In this document: in pieces, positions 1 through 12,030 of the stretch
How positions within the stretch are numbered: the first letter of the stretch is position 1
Layout of the letters: each line of letters opens with the position of its first letter
Origin: Azolla caroliniana
Lineage: Eukaryota; Plantae; Polypodiophyta
NCBI GenBank assembly: GCA_043228905.1
Contig: JBHGNT010000004.1
Location: forward strand, 18,848,001-18,912,000
Direction of reading: 5' to 3'
Length of the DNA: 64,000 nt
Notes under the pieces: model-generated
Database searches by the model: none
What the model saw: only the letters and a program-made list of their open reading frames with translations
What the model was told of the DNA's origin: nothing
Translations under genes and position numbers: made by a program

Positions 1-149
1 GCAAGGCTGAAATACCCCTTGAGTTTCGCATCCAATGCTAGCTGTTTTCTTTGATTTTCTCTATTTCTTGGAGGTGACTCCTCTTCAAGAAGGTTGTCAG
101 ATTGTAGAGGAGATCGTATTAAAGAGGATAATTTCTGCAGTGCCCACAT
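1..149 (-). CDS. First coding exon (partial, runs off window) of a spastin-like MIT-domain AAA ATPase
   Basis: Manual translation from ATG at 149 gives MWALQKLSSLIRSPLQSDNLLEEESPPRNRENQRKQLALDAKLKGYFSLA. KLKGYFxLA resembles the start of the MIT domain of plant spastin-like ATPases (from memory). Acceptor AG at 215-214; candidate 5'UTR donor GTAAG at 1483. Confidence 0.7.
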   Translation of the reverse strand, partial: MWALQKLSSLIRSPLQSDNLLEEESPPRNRENQRKQLALDAKLKGYFSL

Positions 150-828
150 TGAGAGTCCAGCTATTTAATCTTGGAAGTGCACATTATTTGCGTCAAATCT
201 GGTGGCTTGTCACCTAAGCCTAATGACACTATTATTTATTAGAATGCTTTTCCAAACAATAAAACTAGAAATTAGTTGATGGATTTTACACATAAATTTT
301 GATAGGATTCTTTTATATTGTCACCATTAAGATGGAAATTTTCAGAAACATTGAGATGACAAGAAGCCTGATAGATGATTGAGAGTTTAACGAACTTAAT
401 TTAAATAGCTTTTTGCTTCATTGCTGAAAAATACACAGCAACAAAAAATTATTATTGCAAAGTATCAATTGAAGAGAAGCAATAAAATGTGACTTCTGTT
501 GTGTAGTAAACTGCAAATTGACAAAATCAGAAAATAACAATGTCATAGAAGAACTTTGTGTCCCACTTATACCTAATTGTTATATATATCTACATCACAA
601 CCAGCTTTGGCTATTTCTATGACCTATTTCCAGACATTACCTCATTTATAAGTTCTTGACAAGGATGATTCCTGTACGATAGCATATTTCGTATCAACAA
701 TTTTGAACAAGCTAACAAGAAGTTTGAAAGGACTACATATTCTGCTCACAACAAACTAATTTTCTGATGGTATTCTGATAACCAAAATTCCCAATACCTT
801 TATCGTAAAATATTTGCACCCCCAATAA

Positions 829-952
829 TTGCATCCGAGACATGTTAACATCATCTCTTTCTCCTATCTTTCTGCCATTGCATCCGAGACATCTTAACAT
901 CATCTCTTTCTCCTATCTTTCTTCCTTTGCATCCAAGACATGTTAACATGAT
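829..952. repeat. ~49-bp tandem repeat, about 2.5 copies
   Basis: TTGCATCCGAGACATGTTAACATCATCTCTTTCTCCTATCTTTCT unit repeated. Confidence 0.85.
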
Positions 953-1382
953 CTCAACTCCTCCTCTCCCAACTTCACCATCATCACCTAATCATCATCC
1001 ATCATCTTCTTTTCTTTCTTCCATTTTTGTCCTTGGTCTTGTTTTACCTTTCTGTCTCTGTTTCCATGACATGTCCACATGTCCCCCTATCTCTCTGCAG
1101 CTCAGTCATCATAATTGGCATTTTATCCTTACTCATTTCTTTCCCCTTTTTCATTTTCTTTCTCTCTTTGACTCTATCATCATCTTCTTCTTCTTGTTTT
1201 CATGTATCCTTTTGCCTTCTACCACCATCATCTTCTTCTTTTTCTTCTTCTTCTTATGTATCTTTCCGTTTCCAATATGTCTTTGCGTGTTTTCCTTCAC
1301 AATATCATGATGACCATCATCATTTTATTCTTCTTCTTTGGATATACATTTCTGTCTTTCCCTCCATGTGGCAGAAATAGCA

Positions 1383-1385
<3 letters not shown>

Positions 1386-1437
<52 letters not shown>
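1386..1437. repeat. (TG)n microsatellite
   Basis: Perfect dinucleotide run. Confidence 0.98.
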
Positions 1438-1438
<1 letters not shown>

Positions 1439-2081
1439 ACATGCGCAGAAAACAGAGCATCGGATGCATCAATGAATTCTTACTCAAAGAGTTGAAACGC
1501 GAACAGAGTACGCTGCTGCTTGGCGATGGCAAAAATCTGTGCCTCTCTCATCCTCTGTTTCAATCCCAGTTGATTGTGTTCGCGCTATAACCCTGCATCC
1601 AATCAACTCACTAATCGACTTGTGACACACTAATCGCACATGGATCAATGTTAATCACAAAATTATTAGCGCTAATCTAAAAGGAATTACTGCTAATTCT
1701 CTCTAACATGGAAGAGGGGAGAGGGAGCACGAATTCTATCAACACTAAGGGCTTTCTAGGAATTTTAAGAAAATGTTGGGTATTTTGCTAGATTCCCATT
1801 TTTCCATATGAATGAACACTTGATAGAGTTTACATTGGAGGTAAGCCATAACACATATTATTCAGATGAATGAAGTGTTGCAAGTCTTCTTACGTTAGGA
1901 GACTATCTTTGAAGTTGAACACATTCAATTGGCTGTGGAATTTTGGGCCATTACATGGGTTAGAGAGTTATTGGTGTATTTCTTATGTTGGAAGGCTTTG
2001 TTGTGTTGCTTCTCGATTCAAAAACATGGACCACGACATTGATTCTAAGTTTATCCAACTTCAAGAGGGTGGTTTTACAAA

Positions 2082-3085
2082 ATGTCTCATCCCCTTCTTT
2101 ACGTTTTAATTTTGAGTGGGCAAGAGATGTCAATGGCCTTGCTTTGTGAATTCAATGAGGATGAGTTGTCTAAGCTAAAGACAAATCTGAGTCAAACTTT
2201 TGACATGAAAAATTTGGGAAATGCAAAACACATCCTCAACATGTGTATTACTCATGATAGGATTAATGGTTGTATTTATTTGCCTCAATCTAAGTATGTG
2301 TGCAAAATTCTCAAGAAGTTTAATATAAAGAATGCAAAACCTTTGAGCAGACCATTGTCTATGCATGTAAATTTGAGCAAAAATGAAATTCCTAAATCTT
2401 ATGATGAAAAGGAGTACATGAGCAAAATTCCTTACCAATTGGTTGTCGGTAATCTCATGTATGCTATGATAGCAACTAGGCCAAACATAGCATTGCAATG
2501 GGAGCTATGAACATATGTTTGTCAAACCCTAGTAAGAAACTTGGGGAGGCAATTAAAATGATACTAAGATATTTGAGTAGTCCTAGGAATAAGTGTCTAT
2601 GTTTGGGTGGTAGAAATGTATCTGTTATTGGATATACAAACTCTGATTATGTTGGTTGTTTTGACAGTAGAAAGTCTACTTCAAGGTACATTTTTCAATT
2701 TATAGGAGGTGCCATATCTTGGAGATCACATCTCCAAGAGTGTATTGCTCTATCTACTCAACAAAGTATGTTACATCTAGTGAGGCATGTAAGGAAGTTG
2801 TCTGGATTTCCAAACTAGCTTTTGACATCCAGGATACCTCAACTTGTACCCTACCCTTATTGCTTTGTGACAATTAGGGTGTCATGGCATTGGCTAAAAA
2901 CTCGGTATCTCATGCAAAGACCAAGAGCATTAGAGTGTGACACCATTTCATCCAGGAATACATAGTAGCTATCGACATCATTCTTGAGAAGGTTCTTTCT
3001 CGAGAAAATGTCGTTGATGCATTGACCAAAGCGCTCTACCGCATGATGTGCTACAACATTGTTGTCAATTGATGGGAATTAATTA
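2082..3085 (+). mobile_element. Degenerate Ty1/Copia RT-RNaseH fragment
   Basis: ORFs 2082-2510 and 2498-2818 carry FDMKNLG, PYQLVVGNLMYAMIATRPNI, GYTNSDYVG..DSRKSTS and GGAISWRS; frameshifts and stops present. Confidence 0.9.
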
Positions 3086-4126
3086 GCTCTTTCGGTTACA
3101 CAATTTGTCTTATGTATATTGTGTAACATAGTTCATCAAGTAGGTGGTTCAAGTCTTATAGTAACAATCTTCCCCTCGGTTTTGCGGATTCTTTTGGTCT
3201 TGAATGGGAGATCGATATAATGTGAAAGGACAAAAATGTGATTCCCTCTAATTGTAGGATGTGTAACATTATGTCAAACCTCCCTCTCCTCCCCCGCGCT
3301 GGAACGATCCTCCATTCCACCTAAAAGGTATTCTCCAAGGCCTCGCCCCACCCTTACCTCACCTCCAAGGCTTCATTGATTCTAATTATGTTGCTTTGTG
3401 CTGATAATAAAAAAACTCACTTTCAACTATATTTTCCAATCAATACTCATGAGGAGCTATAAACTAGAGATCCAAACTCCAAAAATGCACTAAGGATAAT
3501 ATAGTATGTAGATGATCTCACTAAGAGCTTGCCACCCAACCACTTCTTCTTTCTTCTTCTTTTTCTGACAAGATATGGCCTTCAACCTTCAACGGCACAA
3601 CCAGACCTAGATGGCTCTTAAGTGACCTCCCATTTTCGAATTTCATACCCAACTTACTCTATTTGGGCATCTTCTCCTCTCTATATATATGTATTTGGAA
3701 TGTTGTTGTACATCTGTGTTCTACTATATGTACTACCCCATTACAAGACGAGTTAGAAGCGTAATGTGCCTTACACACACTTTTGTCCCCTTTCACACTT
3801 GTGCATTGTCCCTCTCATTACCTATATGAAGAGGAAAGGTGACCCGTCACCTATGAGTGTATTTACTACCTTACATTTTGTGTGTGATCTCACTCTATCT
3901 CGCTTCCACACTTGCACTTTCCTCCCGCGCCTAGAATTCCACAACTTTGCCCCATATGCTCTCTCACCTTACTCTCTCCGCCTGATCCCCTAAGTCCAAG
4001 AAGTTTGGAAAAAATACTTCCAAAAACAAGAGATGAACTTGTGACCTAGAACCGAGATGATGTCATTTGCGAGGTTGTGCAATCGAACCACATTTGCAAA
4101 GATAAGATCTATCATTTCCTTTCCGA

Positions 4127-4254
4127 AAATGGCCTTATTGCAAAGAACAAAAATGCGCCATCTTTGTGAATTTAGAGTTTACATTATAGTGAAATGGCCT
4201 TGTTGCAAAGAACAAAATGCGCCATCTTTGTGAATTTAGAGTTGACATTATAGT
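4127..4254. repeat. ~63-bp tandem duplication
   Basis: AAATGGCCTT(A/G)TTGCAAAGAACAAAATGCGCCATCTTTGTGAATTTAGAGTT(T/G)ACATTATAGT present twice. Confidence 0.9.
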
Positions 4255-5919
4255 CTATATCATGGGACTTGGGTCCAAGGATCAATAATTGTGTGACATG
4301 AGTCATGACCTTCTTAAGTCTCAACTAGAATTTCCTTTTTGAGGTCAATGGCAATTCATAAAGTTAATTGCATGGTCGCTTGGGGGCCAACACTTGGGAA
4401 TAAGAAAGAATAGAGGCAATACGCCATCATCCCTTCAAACGCCTCATATAGTATTTGTCACATTTGTTAAGGTAAGGGATAAAAAAAAGGGGCTTCCTTT
4501 TCGAATTGTCAAGAATAGGATATGAAAGAAAAGAGAAGATAAAAAGGAATTTGTGCTATAACAAGAGACAAGAATATAATAGTGTCTCGAAGAGGAGAGT
4601 TGAATCAAAATGATTTGATAATGAAAATAGCTTTCATATATATACAAATGTTGGACTTGTGCATGGTTGCCACCTAGTTATCATGCATGCTTGCCACTTA
4701 GCTACTATGTATAGTTTATCGTGCAACATATTATGATATTGTTCGTATCATGGAAAGTTACATCAATCCATGTGTATACAACTAAATATAAAATGCTATA
4801 ATATGTTTATGTGAACTGGCTAACATTGAAAGCTCTCAATCATGGATCCAATGTGTTACAATGCTATGCTATTTTGTATGTATGTTCATGATAGTGAATA
4901 CCCTCAATTAGGTGGATGCTTTTGTTTAAATTCAAAGCAAGATTAACTATTCTAATAGACCATACATTCATACAAGTATTGTGCAAATAGAATACACAGT
5001 CTAGAGTTCTGAGCATCACACAAGCACATGTCTCAGAGTAGCTCATTACCTTTTGGATGGAATCACCAAGACCCGGGCATTCTTTGTAACAATACCATTG
5101 CCATGGGACGATACCCAAGGAACTCAAGAAAATTGAAGGAATCAAGATTTCCAAATTTAGGCTATGATTTGCACAAGACCCAACTAGCCTTCATATTTGG
5201 TTACATCTCTTCCATGATGTACACCTTTTCCATGATGTACACTCTATAAACCAACCACCACCTTTTGTACAAACACGAGTTGTCACTCTATCTTCGATAG
5301 AATGGGCAATGAAAAGACAAGGCCAGATTTTCAAAATAGCCGAGGGTTCTTTATTACATTATAAGAACCCCATATATTACAGAGTTAAAACTGATGGTAG
5401 CAGGAAATCAGAAGCTTTTAGTTAAATATACACATCTGAAACAATAACTTCATCAACAGCTCTGGATACATATATAACACAATCGCATTGAACCAATGAC
5501 TCCATCAAACATTAACTTGAATATGGAAATAAATAAAAGGAGAAAATATATCAGGCAGAAAAATCAATCAATATAAAGAATTCTTTGAACAAAAATGAAG
5601 AATGCTTAGCACTACAAAACTGATGAACAAAGAACCAAAAGCACAACAAAGAAAAGAAAAGCTCTTTCAAGACAACACCTCAGGCGGGGTTCCTTCTTTC
5701 AATTCTAAACTGTAATAAAAGCCACATGTGCGACTTGAGTTGAGGTATGCTGTGTGTGTGTGGTATCAAAGAGAGGTGTGTATGTTGGTATATAAAAATA
5801 TTAATCACAAAAAGAAAAGAAACTTTCAGACAGGTCAACCAATGTTGAGAGAGACATCCATTGTAACAAAGAAGAAGATTGTTGAGTCGGAGAAGAAGGT
5901 AAAAAAAAATTTACATCCA

Positions 5920-8345
5920 TCAAGCGACACGTTCACCAGTAGAGGGATAAGGTCTAAAGCGCGCATCGGGGCCTCGTTGTGTAATTTGTCGTCCGGACAC
6001 ACTATATCCCACGTCAGGAACTGCGCCAGAGCCAGAAGGCGGTGAAGGGGCAGCGGCATGAGGAGATGAAGAAGAATCTCCATATGAAACATAAGCATCG
6101 CCAAAGCCATAGACACCGCCAGGTACATTGGTACCTCCATATCCATAGCTCCCATTGTTGTAACCTACATTAGCATTGCTCGGTGATTGTCCAGGCGTCC
6201 AAGGAGCACTTCCGTAAGCATTATTTAGACTGGCTCCATAAGTAGCTGGGTTGCTGCCATAGGTAGTAGACGATCCACCACTATGTCCAAGCCAAGGGCT
6301 CCTAGCTCCACTAGAAGCCCCACCATAACCTGGTGATGGGGCCATATACCCCACAGCGTATCCCCCAGGTGCTGGGTATCCAGGTCCGCCTCCATATGAA
6401 CCTCCTCCATAACCTCCTCCATTCAAAGCCATGCCATACCCATAGGCCGGAGTACCATAAAGAGGACCATAAGGTGAAAAACCCCCTCTGGCACCACCAT
6501 ATGGGGGACCTCCACCACCATATGCATGTTGTACTGGACTAGACATGCTATAACCACCATAAGCGCTGCCACGTGAACCACCAAAACCGCCGCCACCACT
6601 TCTAGCTCCTCCTGATAACTCCTTCGGCACCGCCCTCTTCACCTCCACTGTCTTCTCATGTAGCTCGTGGAATTTCTTCTGCATGGCATTCTCGACCCCT
6701 TCTTCCGACTCATACGTGATGAATCCAAACCCTCTAGGTCTCTGAGTGGTGTGATCATACATCACTACAACATCCGTAATTGTTCCGAATTGCCCAAAAT
6801 AGCTGCGGAAATCCTCTTCTGTCACAGAGGAAGGCAACCCACCCACAAATATCTTCTTTGTTCGGCCAGCACCACTTCCATAGAGTGGACTATTCGCACC
6901 AACGTTGGTCCTATATGTGTTTTGATGGTCTTCCTTTCTGACCGCTTTCTTCACCTCCACCTATATATAATATTGCATAAAAACCAATCTATAACAATTA
7001 ATAGTAAGGAAAGTCGATTTCAATATACAAACAGCTTTCCTTTTATACAAATTAAATGTTTGCTTCTTCAAAAACAATTTCCTTTTCTACTCTTAACTCC
7101 CCTTCCCATTTAACAGCAATTTCTCTATACCATAACTCTTCCTTCTTCTTCAGAGAAAATATCCTTTTATGTTATAACTCTTTCTTCTTGTACCACGCAG
7201 TTAGAAGTATCAAACATCCTTTTCAAAACAATTTCCTTCACTTAGTCGTAACTTTTTTTCGTTCTTCTTCGAACCAATTTCTACCATCATATTTTTATTT
7301 CTCTTCAGGAAAAAAAACTCTGATACATTATAACCTATTTAATTTCCTTCAAAAAATATCTTCCTACTTTTTCATAATCTTTTCCTATACACAACTATTC
7401 ACTACACTACCAGAACTATTACTTTTTTGCCAACGCAGTTTTGAATCTTATACAATAAATCTATTTGACTTCAAATCAAATTTTTTTCCTCATGTAGTGA
7501 CACTCTTTCATCTTTGAAATAATTTCTTATTCAAAACTATAACTCATCTTGACACAATCACTTGTTATATTTCCTCGACTTTCTCAAAAACCACGCAAAA
7601 GAATTCTTCCATTTTTCTCCAAAACAAAAATCCTATTCTTTATCGGAATACAATTACAAGAACTCTTTCATCTTCCTTCTCCAACAACAATTACCATCCC
7701 ACTTGAATCTTCTTTCTCCAATGATAATCATCAAAAAAAATCATCTTCTTTTGGAAAATCAAATTCTCATATTTTCTTCTTTCAAAACAAACACCATAAC
7801 TCTCTCCTCTTCTCCAACAAACCTTCTCCGACACCATTCAACATAGCACTTTCTTCTGCTTCTTCCAAACAAAACAATGGAACTCGTCAATCTTCTTTAA
7901 ACCAATCGTTTTTGTTTCATGCCCATAGCCCTTCTTTCCTGTAGAAGACCTAAAATAACAGAGCAGAAAATAGAGCAAAAAAAGAGCACAGAACTCTTTT
8001 TTTACTTCTTCTTCTTCTTCTTCAAAGGACTAATTTTCTCCTTTTGTTATCTGTCTCTCGACGTAGAACGCTAGCCCTTAAAATAGAACGGAGAAAACGA
8101 AGAAGAAAAAGACGGCTTCTTACCAGGCGACCATCAATGGTGTGTTTCTCCATTAGAACTCTCTCCACGAGAGAAGGATCAGAGAATTCGACGAATCCAA
8201 ACCCTCTCGCCCTTCCTGTCGCCCTGTCTTTCATTATAACTGCTTCCACGACATCGCCAAAAGCTCCGAAGTATTCCTTCAGCCTCACTTCGCTGGTCTC
8301 CCATGGAATCCCTCCTACAAATACCTTGCTCTGGTCTGGATTCAT
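5920..8345 (-). CDS. hnRNP A1/RNP1-like RNA-binding protein (two RRMs plus Gly/Tyr-rich tail); exons 8345-8124 and 6960-5920
   Basis: RRM1 KVFVGGIPWET...RGFGFVEF and RRM2 KIFVGGLP...RGFGFITY. The GT(8123)..AG(6961) phase-0 intron joins HTIDGRL|VEVKKA. Confidence 0.93.
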
Positions 8346-8468
8346 AGAAAAAGAAGAAGAAGAATATGGAAGAAGATCAAGGACGAGAGAGGGAGAGAGA
8401 AAAAGAGAAACAGAGACAACCAAAACACAACAGAGACGGAGGAAACTCTAACTTCCAATAATTATTCA

Positions 8469-9030
8469 AAACCCTAGAAACGAAGATAAAACAGAGAATC
8501 TGCAAAGAAAACCTCAATCCTTCAATAACTTTCTAAAACTCTAAGAAAAAAAACGGAGATGCAAAGAAACCCCTAACTTTTATAGTCTTCCAGAAGTATA
8601 GGAGACAGATAGATTGACAGAGAGGGAGAGGGAGAGGGAAGGAGAGACGAACAGAGACAGAGAAAACACTAAAATTTCCCGGACTCTACGAGCAAACATG
8701 CAGAGAAAGAAAAAGGCTAAAGACGAAGGCGGGGGGGGAGAAACCCTAACTGTCCGATAAGCTTCTAAAACCCTAGGAATATTAGAGATGGGAGAGGTGA
8801 GAACCCTAAATTCTTCCACATAAGCTTCTAGAAAAAAGAAAAAAAAAAGCAAAAAAGAAGGAATTAAACAAGAAAGGAGACAGACAGGGGGGAGGGGATG
8901 GAGAAGCCTAATTCCTGGAAAAAGAAGACCTAAACCCCTTAGAAAGAAAAGAAAAAAAGACTGAGGATGGAGGGAAGCAGGGAGAGATGAGGAACCCTAA
9001 TTCTGCAGAGACGTTTTTCTTAAACCCTAG
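8469..9030 (-). promoter_or_regulatory. Telo-box cluster (AAACCCTA) in the 5' region of the hnRNP gene
   Basis: (A)AACCCTA(A/G) at about 8469, 8741, 8768, 8802, 8993 and 9022. Confidence 0.6.
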
Positions 9031-10439
9031 AAAAAGCCGAAAGCAAAGGGGGGATAGAAGAAGGGCCGTTGAATTACGCTCTTCTCTAATTATTATTAAT
9101 TATTTTTATTTCTATTTTTATTAATTATTTTTATTACATTTTAATCTTTTAATCTGTTCTTCATACTGTTTTCGTTAATTACATTTATAGCTCCCCTTCT
9201 TTGCTGTTTTTTATTTTTTTTTGTAATTTCTCTCGCCTTTTTCCTTTTCTTATCGACCTTCTCTTCTTCTTTTTTTAACTTTTCTTTATGTATTTTACCC
9301 ATATTTTAGTTTTGTGTTTTTATTTTTCTTATTATTTTTTTCATTTTCTTTTTTATTTTCTTTTTTTCCATTTTATTTTCATTATTCCTTTTTTTCTTAG
9401 TTTCCTTTTTCCCTTTTATTCATTCTTCTATTTCCCATTAATTTCTATTTTTTCATTTTCATTATATTTTTTGTTTTTTTGCTCCCATTTATTTTATTTT
9501 TAATATGGTTTACACTCTTTTTTGTTTTTGTTTTTTTTTTTAGATTTACTCGTTTTTTGTTATTATTCTAAATTTGTATCCTTTATTATTTTCATGTCTA
9601 TTTCTATTCCGATGTCTATTGCTTTATGCACAGAAGAACTAGGCTTTTTTGTCCAATGCTAAAATCTACGTTTATCACCATCCCATTCAATTGTGTCGCG
9701 TGTTTAGAAGTCTCGGATCATGGGCACTCGAGGTCCCTCCATAACAGAACGAGGACATGGACACTTGGTCCAGAGGTGGAACTCTTCCCCCCCTGTCACA
9801 CCTCTCACATCCATAGTGCTCGTTCCTTGTTTCGAATCATTTATTCTACTCCTTACGTTCTCTTTGGGTCGGCATGCTTTGTGCCATTGTCTAAAACTTG
9901 TGGTGCTTCCTTACTTCTTCTCCTTTCTCATTTTCGGCGTCTTTCTTAAATTGTTTCATCCATCCGTCTTCTTGCATGAGTTCATTTGTAAAGGGGGGGC
10001 TTCAATTAGGGATGTTGCCACATAGTGATTGAGCAAAATTCGAGTTCTCATTTGTTCAATAGTCAGAGCCACACCTTGCCCAAATTGTTCTTATGTATAC
10101 AATTGGGGGGTATTGTCTTTGTCATCCTATCTTGTGCCCTACCCATACAGGTACTAGCCATGCAACGAATATAACAATATATCACAAAACTCAAAGCATG
10201 TGCCCAACCACAATTACCAAAACAAGCTTGAAATATAGGGAGCAACGTATAAAAACTAATAAGAGAAAAAACCTCTCATTTGCTTTGGCACTTGACATTA
10301 TGAAATGGTTTAAAAGATAGGGAACATATGATAAGTTAGAGCTCTTGTGTGATGTTATAAAGTCGTGATCGTCAAGGATAGATCACTAGAGGCACTAATG
10401 ATGAAGTGACAAGATGCTAAAACCTCAAATTTGGAATAT

Positions 10440-10909
10440 TACAACTTAAGTGTGAGTTCCCGGTGTTGTCCCCAATACAAGGTAAAAATGCTAGAATGTA
10501 TCGAGCACATCCTGCCATCCCCCAAGAGCCTTTGGGTCTTAGAGAAACTTAACACTTCTTTGAACTTATTGACGCAAGTTAGGGATCTAGGTAGCATCAC
10601 TATAAACATTTGGTTAAGTGCATGTCCATTTAAGTGTGCCATTCTATTATTTACATTGTTTCATGACAAAATTATATCAAACCAAATTGAAATATGTTCC
10701 AAACATTAAAAAACAAGTATATTGTCAACAAAAACCAAATTGAAACTATGATAGAGGATTGGGAGATTCCTACTCCTAACTTGACCCTTCTCACCATTGT
10801 TGGGATCAAGGGTCCTTAACGGCCCAAGTTCTACGATGTCATGAAGCATTGGTTTCAATGTATGACTATTGATAGGGGACAACCTCACAATTGCAAAAGC
10901 AATTTTCAT
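10440..10909 (-). mobile_element. Possible highly degenerate LINE ORF2 (APE endonuclease) remnant
   Basis: MKIAFAIVRL resembles the MKIxSWNxRG start of LINE APE domains; the rest is heavily decayed. Confidence 0.3.
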
Positions 10910-11466
10910 AATAGAGTGTGGGATCCTTGAAAATGGGGATCTTGCTATAGAATGAAGAGAATTTCATAACTATTCGAGTGAGGAAAGAAGGCAACATTTG
11001 CAAAGCATCCCTAACTTGGCAAGATTGTCTCTATTGAATGAGGGCATTTGACGGAAATGGGCGAGGTTGTTATCATTGATAACCAACGGTACAATGATGC
11101 ATCGGTGATACAAGAACCAAATGTTTGTCTTGCCATGGGCATCCTAGGCATAGAAGCTCCAAAGGAGAATTCAAACGTATAGAATTTGGTTGTGAGAGTG
11201 GTATGTAGGGGGCCAACAGATTTACCACAACATATAGATTTTCATCTCATATAGCTTCTATGGTGAATGTGATCATGGACATATTGAGAGCACTAGTACT
11301 CGCTACAAAGCAACCTACAAACAAACTGGTTGAACATCCCCCTTGTCGGGTGGAAAGGTTCTGCATTTCCAATGCCATGTGGATGAATGTCCAGACACTT
11401 TGTCAACATGCCATTTGGGAAAAACACTTAATTATGTCAATAAACCCTCTCTTTCTTTTTCTTTAT

Positions 11467-11722
11467 TGTAATTAACTTACCCTAAAGCTAAGTTGTTAGA
11501 CTACTAGCATTATGTCATGGGCTCGAAACACAATTTCTTCAAAGTTGTTAGACTATTTGTTTTGGGTTCAAAACCCAATTTTCTCACCTCTCTATTACTC
11601 CCTATATCCTTTTCTCACATCTCTATCAGTCCCTATATCTTCTCAAATTTACTAGATGCAATGGTGGAATGTCAAGGTTGAAGCGATGACCTTCTAGTCT
11701 CCAAGGGACAACCTTACCAACT
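11467..11722 (-). mobile_element. tRNA-derived SINE-like repeat, copy 1 (with internal duplications)
   Basis: Aligns by eye with copies at 14955 and 30907-32111. Confidence 0.75.
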
Positions 11723-11739
11723 CTCTCGCTCTCTCTCAA

Positions 11740-12030
11740 TAGAGCACACAATATATATCAAAACTCGTGTGTGAAAAATACTACAATAGTAGCATATTTG
11801 AGTTGTGTCATCGCTACATGTGTAGTGGGAAATGCTAAATCGCCAATAGGCAAGATGAAAATTCTATCAAATAGATAATTTAGACGCTCCAATAAACAAA
11901 ATTGCCACATTACTACTCCCATTGACTTCCATAGATATGCTTTAACTCCATGTCTACCATCAAATACAAAAGCATTGTGCATATCCAAATTATGCTATAA
12001 CACTCCATATCTCAAAAATAGGAAAATGAT
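11740..12030 (-). mobile_element. 5'-truncated LINE 3' end (copy 1 of 3)
   Basis: Peptide DMHNAFVFDGRHGVKAY is shared with 15095-15385 and 32135-32428 and resembles the LINE ORF2 C-terminal WxxRNxxxF motif. Confidence 0.6.

Noticed and set aside
927-1590. Phe/Ser/Cys-Val-rich ORFs
   Set aside because: Translations of CT-rich low-complexity sequence and a (TG)n microsatellite.
3300-5250. Faint Copia RNaseH-like (3330-3590) and PPR-like (4860-5250) traces
   Set aside because: Only a few residues match; not enough support for a feature call.
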